This document shows, in pieces, positions 35,397-46,410 of a DNA stretch of 64,000 nucleotides. Numbering within the stretch: the first letter of the stretch is position 1; every line of letters starts with the position of its first letter. Below the pieces are notes generated by a model. That model did not search any database. It saw only the letters and a program-made list of their open reading frames with translations, and was not told where the DNA came from. The DNA is from a bacterium (GTDB lineage: Bacteria; UBA10199; 2-02-FULL-50-16; JAJFLM01). The translations under genes and the position numbers were made by a program. The stretch covers positions 1,536,001 through 1,600,000 of the forward strand of contig CBDCFN010000016.1 of the NCBI GenBank assembly GCA_965216315.1. The letters run 5' to 3'.

Positions 35397-37223
35397 TTAT
35401 TCCTGGTCTTTTCTTACCACCTTGCGAAAACTCGTCCTGAGCTCATCCTTTCTCATCCTAATGGTCTTCGGCGTGATCTCCACCCACTCATCCTCATCAA
35501 TCCATTCAAGTGCGTATTCTAGCTCTAAATCTTTAATGGGACTGAGTTTGGTCGAATCATCGCTACCTGCCGCACGTACATTCGTTAGTTTTTTCTCTTT
35601 GGTAGGGTTAACATTGAGATCATTTTGCTTATTAAACTCGCCGACTATCATACCTTCGTATACTTTTTCCGACTGACGTACAAACAATTTGCCTCGCGGC
35701 TGCAGGTTGAAGAGTCCATATTGCGCCGTAACACCGGCACGGTCAGACACCATTGCCCCGTTGGTACGGCTAAAGCGCTTCCCTTGATAAGGAATATAGC
35801 GTTCAAAAGAACTTGAATAAATGGCTTCTCCACGGGTTTCCGTCAGCATTTTGGAACGAATCCCGATGAGACCCCGTGCCGGCATTGAAAATGTCAATCT
35901 GACCCGTTGCGAACCCTCTAAGTTATCCATCATTTCCATGCGTCCACCGCGCTGTGATAACAATTCCGTCACCGTACCGACCATACTGTCTGGAATATCA
36001 ATAACCATATGTTCCTCAGGTTCCATCATCTGGCCATCTTGAGTCACGGGAATAATCTCCGGACGCCCGACCATCAACTCATAGCCTTCACGACGCAATT
36101 CTTCGAGCAGTATCACAAGTTGCAACTCACCCCTTCCCTTGAGCAAGAACACTTCCGGAGATTCAGTCTGTTCAAAACTTAAAGCCACATTCATAAGACA
36201 GGCCTTTTGCAACAACTCCTCCAATTTACGGCTTGTCACATAATCACCCTCTTGGCCGGCAAAAGGCGACGTATTCACCGAAATCCTGACAGCTACCGAA
36301 GGAGGATCAACATGAAGCCGCGGCAAAGGAATATTATGCGCTTCAGTCGTAATCGTATCGCCGATTTTCGGGGCCTCCGCGCCCGCTAACAACGCAATGT
36401 GTCCGGCACTCAAGCTGGGGACACGTTCCGTACTCAGCCCGGCAAAGCGCTCCAACGAAGTGACGGTGAATGGAATCGATTTATGGGCCTCATTAATCAT
36501 CACGACCCGTTCCCCTTCTTTGACCGAACCTGCCTCAATACGACCGATGGCCACCTGGCCGACAAAGGAACTATAGGTCAGATTGGTCACGAGCAGCTGG
36601 AAAGGAGCCTCTTCTTGTACCTGCGGCGACGGCAACTGGTCAACAATGGCATCGAGCAATACATTGAAATCGGAAGCGGTCTCACCCTTCACTGACGAAG
36701 CCCACCCTTCTTTGGCACTCGCGTAAAAAATACTGTATTCGACGTGCTCATCTGAAACGGCCACATCATAGAATAATTCGAGTATCTTCTCTTCGATCTC
36801 ATCAATACGTGCGTCGGGGCGGTCTACCTTATTAATAACCACGATAACTTTGATATCTCGTTCCAGCGCCTTGCGGAGGACGAAGCGTGTCTGTGGCAGC
36901 GGTCCTTCGGAAGCATCCACCAATAACAGCGCCCCATCGACCATAAAAAGCGCACGCTCAACCTCGCCCCCAAAATCAACGTGCCCCGGAGTATCAACGA
37001 TATTGATGTGAGTTCCTTTCCAATCAAAGGCGGCATTCTTGGCGGTAATCGTAATCCCCCGCTCTTTTTCAATATCGCCAGAGTCCATAACCCGCTCTTC
37101 AACTTGCTGATGAGCCTGAAACAGGCCTGCTTGTTTAAAAAGGCCATCAATCAGGGTTGTCTTCCCGTGATCAACGTGGGCAATAATGGCAAGATTGCGA
37201 ATCGCTGTAATACTCTGTGTCAT
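35397..37223 (-). CDS. typA: Translational GTPase TypA/BipA
   Basis: [47 protein letters not shown]. Confidence 0.96.
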   Translation of the reverse strand: MTQSITAIRNLAIIAHVDHGKTTLIDGLFKQAGLFQAHQQVEERVMDSGDIEKERGITITAKNAAFDWKGTHINIVDTPGHVDFGGEVERALFMVDGALLLVDASEGPLPQTRFVLRKALERDIKVIVVINKVDRPDARIDEIEEKILELFYDVAVSDEHVEYSIFYASAKEGWASSVKGETASDFNVLLDAIVDQLPSPQVQEEAPFQLLVTNLTYSSFVGQVAIGRIEAGSVKEGERVVMINEAHKSIPFTVTSLERFAGLSTERVPSLSAGHIALLAGAEAPKIGDTITTEAHNIPLPRLHVDPPSVAVRISVNTSPFAGQEGDYVTSRKLEELLQKACLMNVALSFEQTESPEVFLLKGRGELQLVILLEELRREGYELMVGRPEIIPVTQDGQMMEPEEHMVIDIPDSMVGTVTELLSQRGGRMEMMDNLEGSQRVRLTFSMPARGLIGIRSKMLTETRGEAIYSSSFERYIPYQGKRFSRTNGAMVSDRAGVTAQYGLFNLQPRGKLFVRQSEKVYEGMIVGEFNKQNDLNVNPTKEKKLTNVRAAGSDDSTKLSPIKDLELEYALEWIDEDEWVEITPKTIRMRKDELRTSFRKVVRKDQE

Positions 37224-37258
37224 GACAAGTCTCTATTAATACTTGATTGGAAGGATTT

Positions 37259-37840
37259 CTACAAATGGGGCTTGAGCCGACTGACCTCTTTATATCGAAA
37301 ACAGTCGACCGTATGATCGTTCACCATACCTACGGCCTGCATATGAGCGTAAATTATCGTAGAACCTACAAATTTAAATCCTCGTTTTTTGAGATCCTTA
37401 CTCCAGGCATCAGAAAGAGCTGTGGTGGCAGGAATCTGCTTAACTCGCTTCCACTTATTAATGATCGGTTTATTCCCTACAAAATTCCAACTGTATGCGG
37501 CAAAGCTACCAAATTCCTCCTGAATAGCAAGAAAACACTTGGCATTCGCAACCGCTGCCTCCACCTTGAGTCGATTACGAATAATGCCGGGATTGAGAAG
37601 TAATTTTTCAATTTTTTTTCGTGTGAAGCGAGCCACTTTTTGCGGATCAAAACCGGCAAAAGCCTTACGGTAATTTTCGCGTTTTTTGAGCACGGTAATC
37701 CAGCTGAGACCGGCCTGGGCCCCCTCTAAAATCAGATATTCAAAAAGTTTTTCATCCTGATCAACCGGTACACCCCACTCCTTATCATGATAATCAATAT
37801 ACAGATTATCCTCGCCCGGCCAGGTACAGCGCTTCTTCAT
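37259..37840 (-). CDS. tag: DNA-3-methyladenine glycosylase I
   Basis: RCTW..YHDKEWG, LEGAQAGLSW, IIRNRLK, GFKFVG, NDHTVDC. Confidence 0.95.
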   Translation of the reverse strand: MKKRCTWPGEDNLYIDYHDKEWGVPVDQDEKLFEYLILEGAQAGLSWITVLKKRENYRKAFAGFDPQKVARFTRKKIEKLLLNPGIIRNRLKVEAAVANAKCFLAIQEEFGSFAAYSWNFVGNKPIINKWKRVKQIPATTALSDAWSKDLKKRGFKFVGSTIIYAHMQAVGMVNDHTVDCFRYKEVSRLKPHL

Positions 37841-37930
37841 GCGCCCTTCATTAGAATAAGCCACAGGATAAATCAACATTGGACCTCTCTCTGGCCGGCT
37901 GTTAGTATAGCTCTCAAAGGGGGACTTCTC

Positions 37931-38515
37931 ATGGCCGATAATCAAAAAAAGAAACTTCCGCTGGGCCTTAAAATCGCTATTGGTGTCATCGCCTTTTTTG
38001 TCATCGCAGGCTTTGTCGTGAGCATCGGCCTTAATATGTTAGGAGGCCTCATTGCCACCAAGGGCGACAAAATACTTGAGAAAGGAGTCGAAAAATGGAT
38101 CGAGACTCAGGCATCACAAAACGATACCAAAGTCGATGTCGACTTCAGCAAAAAAGGTCTTGTCCTCAAAGATAAAAAATCCGGGGCCCAATTTGCCGTC
38201 CGTGCCGACAATGAACTCCCGGCCGGCTTTCCCAAGACCATCCCTCTGCCTAAAAACAGCAAAATTATCGGTTCCGTCACGATTGGACCGATGAAATCAG
38301 TCACATTAGAGACGGATACGGCCTTAGCCTCGGTGGCTAATTTCTACAAAGAGCAGATGCCGTCAGAGGGATGGAAGTCTATCATGCAGGCGACTCCAGA
38401 TGACCGCACATTTACGGCTGTATTTCGTAAGGGTCCGGAAAACTTGAGCGTTGGTATCTCGCATCGGCAAGACAAGACTCACGTTTCCCTGAACTATTCT
38501 GAGCTTAAAAAATAA
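37931..38515 (+). CDS. Membrane-anchored hypothetical protein
   Basis: N-terminal TM; LPAGFPKTIPLP...FYKEQMPSEGW. Confidence 0.7.
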   Translation: MADNQKKKLPLGLKIAIGVIAFFVIAGFVVSIGLNMLGGLIATKGDKILEKGVEKWIETQASQNDTKVDVDFSKKGLVLKDKKSGAQFAVRADNELPAGFPKTIPLPKNSKIIGSVTIGPMKSVTLETDTALASVANFYKEQMPSEGWKSIMQATPDDRTFTAVFRKGPENLSVGISHRQDKTHVSLNYSELKK

Positions 38516-38535
38516 TATTCGCTGGTAAGATGTAC

Positions 38536-39777
38536 TTAGAGTTTCAGGAGTGCGGACTGATAAAGGTCCGCTTCAAAGGCTTCATTATTAGGATAAACTG
38601 TCCCAAACACACGTGTCCAAATGTCGGCTTTCTCCATGCATAAATACATGAAGACCTTACCGTGCCAGGGCTGCAGTGCCGCGTACATCTTTTGAAACAT
38701 CGTCACTTTGATATCATCAGGATAGGTAAATTTGCCCTTCGGATCGCGCGCCATCGTCATCTGCAGCATTTTCGTCGGCCGACCCCGCTCGCGGATGGCC
38801 TTCATGACCGGCTTGATGAATGTCACTGAACCCATTGAAATAAAAAGGACTTTTTCCGGACTTACGAGACCCTGCACGCGTTCCGCCAGTTGCGGATACG
38901 CCTCTTCCCAACCCTCATAATAGACCATCGGATGGAAATGAAAGCCGATACGGATCCCCTGCGCTGCAACGCGACAAGCCGCTTCCAGACGTCGGTCGAG
39001 GCTCGCCGTCAGTTTCTCTTCATTGGAAATGATCGTATCCGTGTTCAATGACCAGGTCAGGACAATGTTCTTAGGAACCGGATGATTCATGAAATAATCC
39101 ACGTTGTCTGACTTGGTCTTAAACTCTAATAATATATTAGGATGCCGCGCGGCAAAGCTGCACAAATCATCCAAGATACCATTACGGTTTCCCCACATCA
39201 GCGAATCGGAAGATTGTCCCGTACCAAAGTGATAGTACCGGGTGGGATCAATCTCTATCTCATTTAGCTTGCGACTCAAATCGGCATCAAAGGCAACACG
39301 ATCGCCATAGAAACTTTGAATCGTACAGTAATTACAGCCAAAACCACAGTTCTCAACCGCATCAATCGTATGCAGATTACAGCAGACAGTATCTTCGGAA
39401 TAGACCGGACAAATGCCATCAATCTTCTTATCCGATTGAACGGAGTCTAACCGGAGTGCCGGTTTGCTCATGGTACCTGTCGGCTGGCGATATGAAGTCG
39501 GTTCTTGCTGAATGGCCTTCATCCACTGGCGCATTGCCCTAAAGAGGGCTTTCTTTCGTTCCGGCGCCACCTGATGCGCGACATCGTGTTCCTGCGTTGC
39601 CCACCAGTTTGCCAACGGCTCTAACTGCCACTGCTGCGTATTCCGCGCCACCTCACAGAGCTCGCGAATTTCTTGATGAGTCAGCCGGTACTCGGTACCC
39701 AAGCCGCGAATAAACGCCTGATCATCACTATCTAAGGAATCGAACAAGGTATGCTGTATTTTTTCCGCAAAGCCCAC
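38536..39777 (-). CDS. Spore photoproduct lyase-family radical SAM protein
   Basis: CGFGCNYC, GTGQSSDS, LEFKTKS, GFHFHPM, YLCME. Confidence 0.85.
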   Translation of the reverse strand: MGFAEKIQHTLFDSLDSDDQAFIRGLGTEYRLTHQEIRELCEVARNTQQWQLEPLANWWATQEHDVAHQVAPERKKALFRAMRQWMKAIQQEPTSYRQPTGTMSKPALRLDSVQSDKKIDGICPVYSEDTVCCNLHTIDAVENCGFGCNYCTIQSFYGDRVAFDADLSRKLNEIEIDPTRYYHFGTGQSSDSLMWGNRNGILDDLCSFAARHPNILLEFKTKSDNVDYFMNHPVPKNIVLTWSLNTDTIISNEEKLTASLDRRLEAACRVAAQGIRIGFHFHPMVYYEGWEEAYPQLAERVQGLVSPEKVLFISMGSVTFIKPVMKAIRERGRPTKMLQMTMARDPKGKFTYPDDIKVTMFQKMYAALQPWHGKVFMYLCMEKADIWTRVFGTVYPNNEAFEADLYQSALLKL

Positions 39778-40406
39778 TACGTCTCCAGCAAAGCCGGCAG
39801 GTCAGACAGAAGTTGTGGATGGGCTACACCTTGCAAAACCAGCCGATAGATTTCATTGACCATCTCTCCCCGATCTAAATTTTCCGTCCCTAACAGCGAC
39901 TGATAGAGGACTTCTTTAACGCAACCCAGTAGTGATATCGCCAAGACATGATTATCTCCTGCCCTGACAAATCCCATTTCCTGCCCCTGTTTGAGACCGC
40001 GCCTCACCAGATCGAGAAGTTGACTATAAAAATGCTTGAGGCGCTCGTCCTGCTCTTCGTCGAGTCCTGCCGGAGCGCTAAACAGGAGTGTTGCCAACAA
40101 CGGTTCATCGAGCAGTAAATTAATCACGCGTTTAATATTACCCTTAATCTGATCGGGTATTTGATCGACGGCCTCGCGGGGCAAACGGCGAACTTCCCGC
40201 TGCACCTTCTCAAAGAGCTCGTCCATGATGCAGCCAAATATCTCTCGTTTACTCTTGAAATGGAGATAGAAAGTCCCGCGCGCCACATTCGCTTCCGCGA
40301 TGATATCCGAGACCTGGGCTTGATGATAACCCTTTTCGCCAAAAGCCTTGATAGCCGCATCCATCAGCTGGCGCCGGCGTTCCTCTTTAGATAAATTCGG
40401 GGTCAT
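39777..40406 (-). CDS. TetR/AcrR-family transcriptional regulator
   Basis: AAIKAFGEKGYH...ANVARGTFYLHFKSK. Confidence 0.92.
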   Translation of the reverse strand: MTPNLSKEERRRQLMDAAIKAFGEKGYHQAQVSDIIAEANVARGTFYLHFKSKREIFGCIMDELFEKVQREVRRLPREAVDQIPDQIKGNIKRVINLLLDEPLLATLLFSAPAGLDEEQDERLKHFYSQLLDLVRRGLKQGQEMGFVRAGDNHVLAISLLGCVKEVLYQSLLGTENLDRGEMVNEIYRLVLQGVAHPQLLSDLPALLET

Positions 40407-40503
40407 TTCGGCGGCATCATGCAGGCCGAAAACCGGAAAATCAACTCTCCAGGCACTAAAATAGTCGCCAAATCCTCTCGAATTCGCTATTTCAAGAGCC
40501 CTC

Positions 40504-43500
40504 ATGAACATCTTCGGTCATATCTGTCAGTTTTGCATCCAAAACCGACGCCTTACTTTTCTCTTGTTTATTGGCGTCATTCTCTGGGGAGGTATCTCCT
40601 TCGTGATTATGCCCAAGCGGTATAATCCGGACATCACGGCACCCGCTTTCCAGGTCCGCATCTTATTTCCTGAGGCGACCGGCAAAGAAGTCTATGAACT
40701 CATCACGCGACCGCTAGAAAACGTGATCCATGAAATACCGGGAATCGATGAGATCTACTCTCAAAGTATTCATGGCGGAGAATCCCGCGTATCCGTCTTC
40801 TTTGAGGTCGGAGAAAACCCGGATGTGAGTAAGATCCGTCTCATCCAGAAGATTAACAGCAATCTTCAGCTTAAACCCGAAGGCGTTACTAATGTCGCTA
40901 TTGAAACCCTGGACCCTGACAATCTCCCGATCATGACTCTTGCGATCCGATCAAAGCAACTTGACCCAATTGAGCTTCGTAAACGAGCTTTTTTGATAAA
41001 AGATGAACTCAAGAAAATAGCTGGCACCTCGATCATTAATGTAGTTGGCGGCCAACGCCGTGACTTTCAAGTTATTTTAGACCCTGCCCGCTTAAAAGAG
41101 TATGAAGTCGCTTTAGACGATATCAAAATAAACCTTGCGGAGAAAAGTCTATTCCGCAGCCTGGGACACATAAAAACTCGCAATCAGCATACGCCTATTG
41201 AAACCAGTGGTACGATACGAAACGTTGACGAACTGTCCAATCTGATTATTTCTTCGAATGTTGAGCAGCAACTTAAGATTAAAGACATTGCAAAAGTCCA
41301 AATCGGCAGGCTGGAAACCGATTCCTACGTCAATTTCCACACCAAAGACGAAACAATCAGCGACGCGGTCTTCATCAGTATTGCAAAGAAAAAAGGCGGT
41401 AATATCACTAAAATCGCCCGAAACATCCGCACAGCAGTCACGGCACTCCAACAACAATCACCACTGCTTCATAATGTTACCATGCAGGTAATTCGTGATG
41501 AGGGGCGCGTTGCGTATGAAGAACTGCGCCGCTTGACTATCAATCTGCTCCAGGCGATCACGATTGTCCTAATCATTCTCTTCTTTTTCCTGAACATTAG
41601 AGCGGCGATTGTCGTTGCTATCAGCATACCGTTAACGTTATTGACCGTTTTCGGAATTGGCAACTTGGTCGGTTTCACCATTAACCGCATAACCCTTTTT
41701 GCTCTCATTCTGTCCCTGGGGCTTCTTGTCGATAGTGCAACGGTCATCGTAGAAAACATTGTTAGAAATAAAGCAGAACATCCTGACATGTCGAAACCGG
41801 CTGTTATTTCAATGTCTGTCGCTGAGGTTGGGATGGGTCTGTTTCTTGCCACAATCACGACGGTTCTTGCTTTTATTCCCATGAGATTTGTCACCGGCAT
41901 GATGGGACCTTATATGGGCCCATTACCTTTTTTTGTTTCTACCGCTCTTTTAGTCGCGCTTCTTTTTTCCTACACGCTCAACCCGTGGCTGGCCTACATT
42001 TTCTGCTCCCCCACCGGAACTAAAGGGAAGTCTCGCCCCTCCCTGGTGGAACGATTCGCCAACATGATTAGGGGCGTCTATCGCAGGTTACTGACCGCCT
42101 TGCTGGATTCTAAAACCAAACGCCGACTACTGATTGGCGCGAGCATCGTGCTCTTTTGTACCATTCTCACATTTCCAGCCCTAAAGTTATTACGATTCAG
42201 AATGCTGCCTAAGGCCGATCGTGAGCAAATTTATGTGTATCTAAATTTGCCAGATGGTGCCGGCGTGGAAAAGTCCAATGAGGTTTCCTCTTCACTGGCT
42301 GAGTTGTTATTAAAAAACGGCAATGTATTAAGCGTTCAAAGTTTTGTTGGCCAAGTGCCGATTCTTGACTTCAATGGCCTCTTTCGGGGTGCCAGTGCGA
42401 GACAATTACCAAATCACGTCACGTTGCGAATTAATCTGACTCACCCCTCCGATCGGAACCTTAGTTCGGAGGAGCTTGCTCTCCAATTCAGGGAAAATTT
42501 AGGCCCTATTATTTCTGGTGTACCGGACACACACTTTCAGGTCATAGAAGACCCGCCTGGACCCCCTGTTCGTTCAACATTCATGATCAAAATCAAGACG
42601 AATGATCCTAAATTATTAGAGAAAATTGCTCAAGAGGTTGCAACTTCGGTTCAGTTGATAGACGGTATTGAAGATATAGATACATCGCTTATCGACCCGC
42701 ATAAGAAATATTATCTTCGCGTTAACCTAGACCAAGCCGCTATATCGCAAATGAACACCCAGCTGATTGCTGAAATGTTGCAAACATTATACAGTGGCGT
42801 CCAGATAGGTATTTATCACAGTGACAGCAATGTCGAACAGGAATATATTACGCTAAAGTTTCCGCGTGAATATCGCACAAAAATTACCGAACTTGATCAT
42901 ATTTATCTCAACAATAAATTAGGCATTCCTATCCCGCTTAGCCGTTTTGTCAGTATAGATGAACAACCCTCTAGGCCGCATATACTTACGGATAATCGAG
43001 AAACTGTCGCTTATATTATGGCCGAAATGGGAGCACGCAGTGTCACCTACGCAGCTATCGATTTTCTTCGATGGTTGAATAATGATCGGCTCGACTCTGG
43101 ACAACTCCATAAAGTGGGGCTCATCAAGTCACAATTCAATGCTCCTGACGGCACGCCAATAAAAATTGAGCTGGATGGTGAGTGGAAAATGACACTGGAA
43201 GTCTTTCGCGATCTCGGCTTGGCAATGATCATCGCAATCGGCCTCATTTATATCGTTCTCGTCGCCCAATTCCGTTCCTATCGCATCCCGCTGCTCATCC
43301 TGATGACGATTCCACTGGCCTTTATCGGCGTCTTCCCGGGATTCGCCTTTTTATTCTGGGTCAATAGGATCTATTTCTCTGCAACATCCATGATAGGTGT
43401 CATCGCCCTCTCCGGCATAGTGGTCAACAATGCTATTATTCTGCTCGAGTATATTATTAATTTAATGAACACCCAGGGCGATTATAAGGCATCCATCATC

Positions 43501-43722
43501 GATGCCTGTGAAGTAAGAATGCGCCCTATCCTCCTGACCTCGCTTACAACAATACTCGGATCATTAACGATTGCGGGCGATCCCGTCTGGTCCGGCCTGG
43601 CCTGGTCGATTGTATTTGGCCTTTCCCTCTCAGCTATCCTTACGCTCATTATTTTCCCAACATTACTCTATCATTTTGTCGGCCCTCAAGAGTTCCAACG
43701 GGACGACAGCTGTAAAATATAG
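40504..43722 (+). CDS. RND efflux permease (AcrB/CusA superfamily)
   Basis: ISIPLT, GLLVDSATVIVENI, GIVVNNAI, RMRPILLTSLTT. Confidence 0.93.
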   Translation: MNIFGHICQFCIQNRRLTFLLFIGVILWGGISFVIMPKRYNPDITAPAFQVRILFPEATGKEVYELITRPLENVIHEIPGIDEIYSQSIHGGESRVSVFFEVGENPDVSKIRLIQKINSNLQLKPEGVTNVAIETLDPDNLPIMTLAIRSKQLDPIELRKRAFLIKDELKKIAGTSIINVVGGQRRDFQVILDPARLKEYEVALDDIKINLAEKSLFRSLGHIKTRNQHTPIETSGTIRNVDELSNLIISSNVEQQLKIKDIAKVQIGRLETDSYVNFHTKDETISDAVFISIAKKKGGNITKIARNIRTAVTALQQQSPLLHNVTMQVIRDEGRVAYEELRRLTINLLQAITIVLIILFFFLNIRAAIVVAISIPLTLLTVFGIGNLVGFTINRITLFALILSLGLLVDSATVIVENIVRNKAEHPDMSKPAVISMSVAEVGMGLFLATITTVLAFIPMRFVTGMMGPYMGPLPFFVSTALLVALLFSYTLNPWLAYIFCSPTGTKGKSRPSLVERFANMIRGVYRRLLTALLDSKTKRRLLIGASIVLFCTILTFPALKLLRFRMLPKADREQIYVYLNLPDGAGVEKSNEVSSSLAELLLKNGNVLSVQSFVGQVPILDFNGLFRGASARQLPNHVTLRINLTHPSDRNLSSEELALQFRENLGPIISGVPDTHFQVIEDPPGPPVRSTFMIKIKTNDPKLLEKIAQEVATSVQLIDGIEDIDTSLIDPHKKYYLRVNLDQAAISQMNTQLIAEMLQTLYSGVQIGIYHSDSNVEQEYITLKFPREYRTKITELDHIYLNNKLGIPIPLSRFVSIDEQPSRPHILTDNRETVAYIMAEMGARSVTYAAIDFLRWLNNDRLDSGQLHKVGLIKSQFNAPDGTPIKIELDGEWKMTLEVFRDLGLAMIIAIGLIYIVLVAQFRSYRIPLLILMTIPLAFIGVFPGFAFLFWVNRIYFSATSMIGVIALSGIVVNNAIILLEYIINLMNTQGDYKASIIDACEVRMRPILLTSLTTILGSLTIAGDPVWSGLAWSIVFGLSLSAILTLIIFPTLLYHFVGPQEFQRDDSCKI

Positions 43723-43771
43723 CGATTTCCAATACTTGATTTACTAAGGCTCTTTACGTTACACAGCTTTG

Positions 43772-44164
43772 ATGGTGCAGAAATTAACCATGGTCGCATT
43801 GGGAGGCGGCGCGGGGGCCGTCTGTCGTTTTCTGTTATCGAGCTGGGTCCACCACCGAGTGGGTGTCAACTTCCCCTTTGGAACCCTTGTCGCCAATACG
43901 CTGGGCTGTCTCACCATCGGTTTTCTCCTAACCCTCTCTCATGACAAACTCCATATTGATACCCATCTATACGGGCTATTGATCATCGGTTTTCTGGGGG
44001 CTTTTACGACCTTTTCAACCTTCACCTTTGAAACGTGGAGACTCTTTGAGAACGGCGCGATGCTCCATGCCGGCCTTAATATTGCGGTGAGCCTTGCCGC
44101 CTGCTTTGTCGGTTTGGGCATCGGTATCATGACGGCCAAACTTCTCGAGGGAATGCTGGCATGA
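43772..44164 (+). CDS. crcB: Fluoride channel Fluc/CrcB
   Basis: GGGAGAVCRF, FPFGTLVAN, GFLGAFTTFSTF. Confidence 0.95.
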   Translation: MVQKLTMVALGGGAGAVCRFLLSSWVHHRVGVNFPFGTLVANTLGCLTIGFLLTLSHDKLHIDTHLYGLLIIGFLGAFTTFSTFTFETWRLFENGAMLHAGLNIAVSLAACFVGLGIGIMTAKLLEGMLA

Positions 44165-45726
44165 TGAATTTTGCACGACGTAATTTGACCTTAGCGGTTG
44201 TCTTTTCCACAGGCGCCGCCATCCTTATCGTCGAAGTCGTCGCCACACGTATCCTCTCCCCTTATTTCGGTAACACGATATTCACTTTTTCAAGCGTCAT
44301 CGGCATCATCTTGGCGGCCCTCAGTTGTGGCTATTATATTGGCGGCATCTTAGCGGACCGCAAACCTACGCAGAGCCGGTTTTACAGCTTAATTTTGTTA
44401 GGCGGCATAAGTGTACTCCTCCTCAAACTCGCCATGCTCTTTATACTCCCCAAACTGGGTTACAGCCTTTCAATGATTCAAGGACCCCTCGTCCTGTCGC
44501 TCATTCTCTTCTTCTTGCCAGGCTTGTTGCTTGGAACACTCTCCCCATTCGCGATCAAGTTACAGCATGTCATGATGCCGGAAGAAGGTGTCGGCCGCGT
44601 TTCGGGACTTGTTTTCTTCTGGTCCACAGTCGGAAGCATCGTAGGCAGCCTAAGCGCGGGCTTCTGGCTCATTCCGCATTTCGGCGTAAGCGCTATTATC
44701 ACGACTGTCGGCGTATTTTTGGTGAGCCTGGGTGGTCTTGGCTTACTCATTACCGGAAAAAGAAAAATCATCACTGCCGTAAATATCTTTTTCGTCGGAC
44801 TGACCTTCGCTTTCTTTAATTTTATCATTCCGCACGGTATCGCGAGTAATATTTTGTATCACAAGGACGGCTACTACGAACACATTGCCATCAAGGATGG
44901 AATCTACAAGAAGCGGCCCATGCGTATGCTGATGCAAGACCTCAGTACAAACAGTGGCATGTATCTTGATACTGGCCTGATGGTCTTTGATTATACGAAG
45001 TATTACGAACTCTACCGAATCTTCACTCCCGAGCCGAAACATGCCCTCGCCATCGGTGGGGGGGCTTATTCGGTGCCTAAAGAGCTCTTGACCGCGCAGC
45101 CGGAAATTGTCATTGACGTCGCTGAAATCGAGCCATCGCTTTATTCGCTTGCCAAACAGTATTTTGGGCTTACACCGAGCCCTCAGATCAATAATTACAT
45201 CGACGACGGTCGCCGTTTCCTTCATGACACGACTGAGAACTACGATTTGATCTTCAGCGATGTCTATTTTTCATTCGCTTCCGTCCCCATGCACTGCACG
45301 ACGAAGGAATTCTTTCAACTCGCCGACGACAAACTCACTCCCAATGGCATTTTTATTGCTAACTTTGTCGGCAGCCTCTCTAAAAATGCGCGACCGCTCA
45401 TTCTTTCGGTGATCAAGACAATGAAAGACGTCTTTCCCCAACTCTATGTCTTTGCAATTATCAATCCGAATTCGGAAATCCCACAGAACTTTATCTTGGT
45501 CGGGCACAACAGCGAGGATTCCACAGTCCTCCAACGTGCTGATCTCTCGCAATTCACGAATCCTATTTTGCGTGATTTAAAGAGCAAACAATTACAGATT
45601 GGTCAGTTAGACTTAAGCCCCTACCCTGTTCTGACTGATGATTATGCGCCGGTGGAATATTTATCGGCTCAGGTAATTCGCCGTTATAATAAGATCATTC
45701 GCAAACAATCATTGCCCACGCTCTAA
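44161..45726 (+). CDS. Fused membrane domain / spermidine synthase-like SAM-dependent transferase
   Basis: EVVATRILSPYFG, IGGGAYSVP, AEIEP, DDGRRFL, YDLIFSD, LTDDYAP. Confidence 0.85.
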   Translation: MMNFARRNLTLAVVFSTGAAILIVEVVATRILSPYFGNTIFTFSSVIGIILAALSCGYYIGGILADRKPTQSRFYSLILLGGISVLLLKLAMLFILPKLGYSLSMIQGPLVLSLILFFLPGLLLGTLSPFAIKLQHVMMPEEGVGRVSGLVFFWSTVGSIVGSLSAGFWLIPHFGVSAIITTVGVFLVSLGGLGLLITGKRKIITAVNIFFVGLTFAFFNFIIPHGIASNILYHKDGYYEHIAIKDGIYKKRPMRMLMQDLSTNSGMYLDTGLMVFDYTKYYELYRIFTPEPKHALAIGGGAYSVPKELLTAQPEIVIDVAEIEPSLYSLAKQYFGLTPSPQINNYIDDGRRFLHDTTENYDLIFSDVYFSFASVPMHCTTKEFFQLADDKLTPNGIFIANFVGSLSKNARPLILSVIKTMKDVFPQLYVFAIINPNSEIPQNFILVGHNSEDSTVLQRADLSQFTNPILRDLKSKQLQIGQLDLSPYPVLTDDYAPVEYLSAQVIRRYNKIIRKQSLPTL

Positions 45727-45729
45727 CAT

Positions 45730-46398
45730 TTATCCACTATGCCGGATATCTTCGCCTTTAACGAGAAAGTTGACCTCTTCCGCTATATTGGTCGCGTGGT
45801 CCGCGACACGCTCTAAATGGCGCGAAATAATGATCAATCGCATGGCACGGCTGACCGCTTCCGAGTCTTTCTCCATTATACCCATCAGTTCCTCGAATAT
45901 CGTTGTTTCCAGCCCGTCTACTTCATCATCTGACTCGATAACATCTTGCGCGAGCTTAGGTTCTCCTTTAATGAAGGCATCCAGCGCTGTACGGACCATC
46001 GCCTCCGCTTTCTCGGCCATCAAAGGGAGATCCTTGTAAGGCTTGAGTGGTTCCTGTTTATTAAGCTCAAGGACCTGTTCACATATATTGACTGCAAGGT
46101 CGCCAATACGCTCTAAATCGGTGCTAATTTTCAGGCCAATCGTCACAAAGCGGAGGTCCGAAGCTGCGGGCTGATGAAGTGCTAAGACCATTAGACATAA
46201 ATCATCTACCTCTAACTCGAGTTTATTCACGTCCTTATCCGACAAAATAACCTCACGTGCGAGGTTAGAGTCCCTCTTTACAAGCGAGTTTATTGCTCGA
46301 ACAATCATTGACTCGACATCAGCGCCCATCCTCAAAATCATCTCTTTTAGTGAGCGAAGCTGTTGCTCATAATTTTCATCAGTATGTCTCGAAGCCAT
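45730..46398 (-). CDS. phoU: Phosphate signalling protein PhoU
   Basis: QPAASDLR, DLERIGDLAVNI, LERVADHATNIAE. Confidence 0.96.
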   Translation of the reverse strand: MASRHTDENYEQQLRSLKEMILRMGADVESMIVRAINSLVKRDSNLAREVILSDKDVNKLELEVDDLCLMVLALHQPAASDLRFVTIGLKISTDLERIGDLAVNICEQVLELNKQEPLKPYKDLPLMAEKAEAMVRTALDAFIKGEPKLAQDVIESDDEVDGLETTIFEELMGIMEKDSEAVSRAMRLIIISRHLERVADHATNIAEEVNFLVKGEDIRHSG

Positions 46399-46410
46399 AT
46401 ATAAACTCCT

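Noticed and set aside
37787..37945. Apparent overlap of tag and the divergent gene
   Set aside because: Artefact of longest-ORF starts; likely starts 37840 and 37931 leave a normal spacer
43723..43771. Fluoride riboswitch upstream of crcB
   Set aside because: No GGCGATGG-type core or terminator in the short spacer
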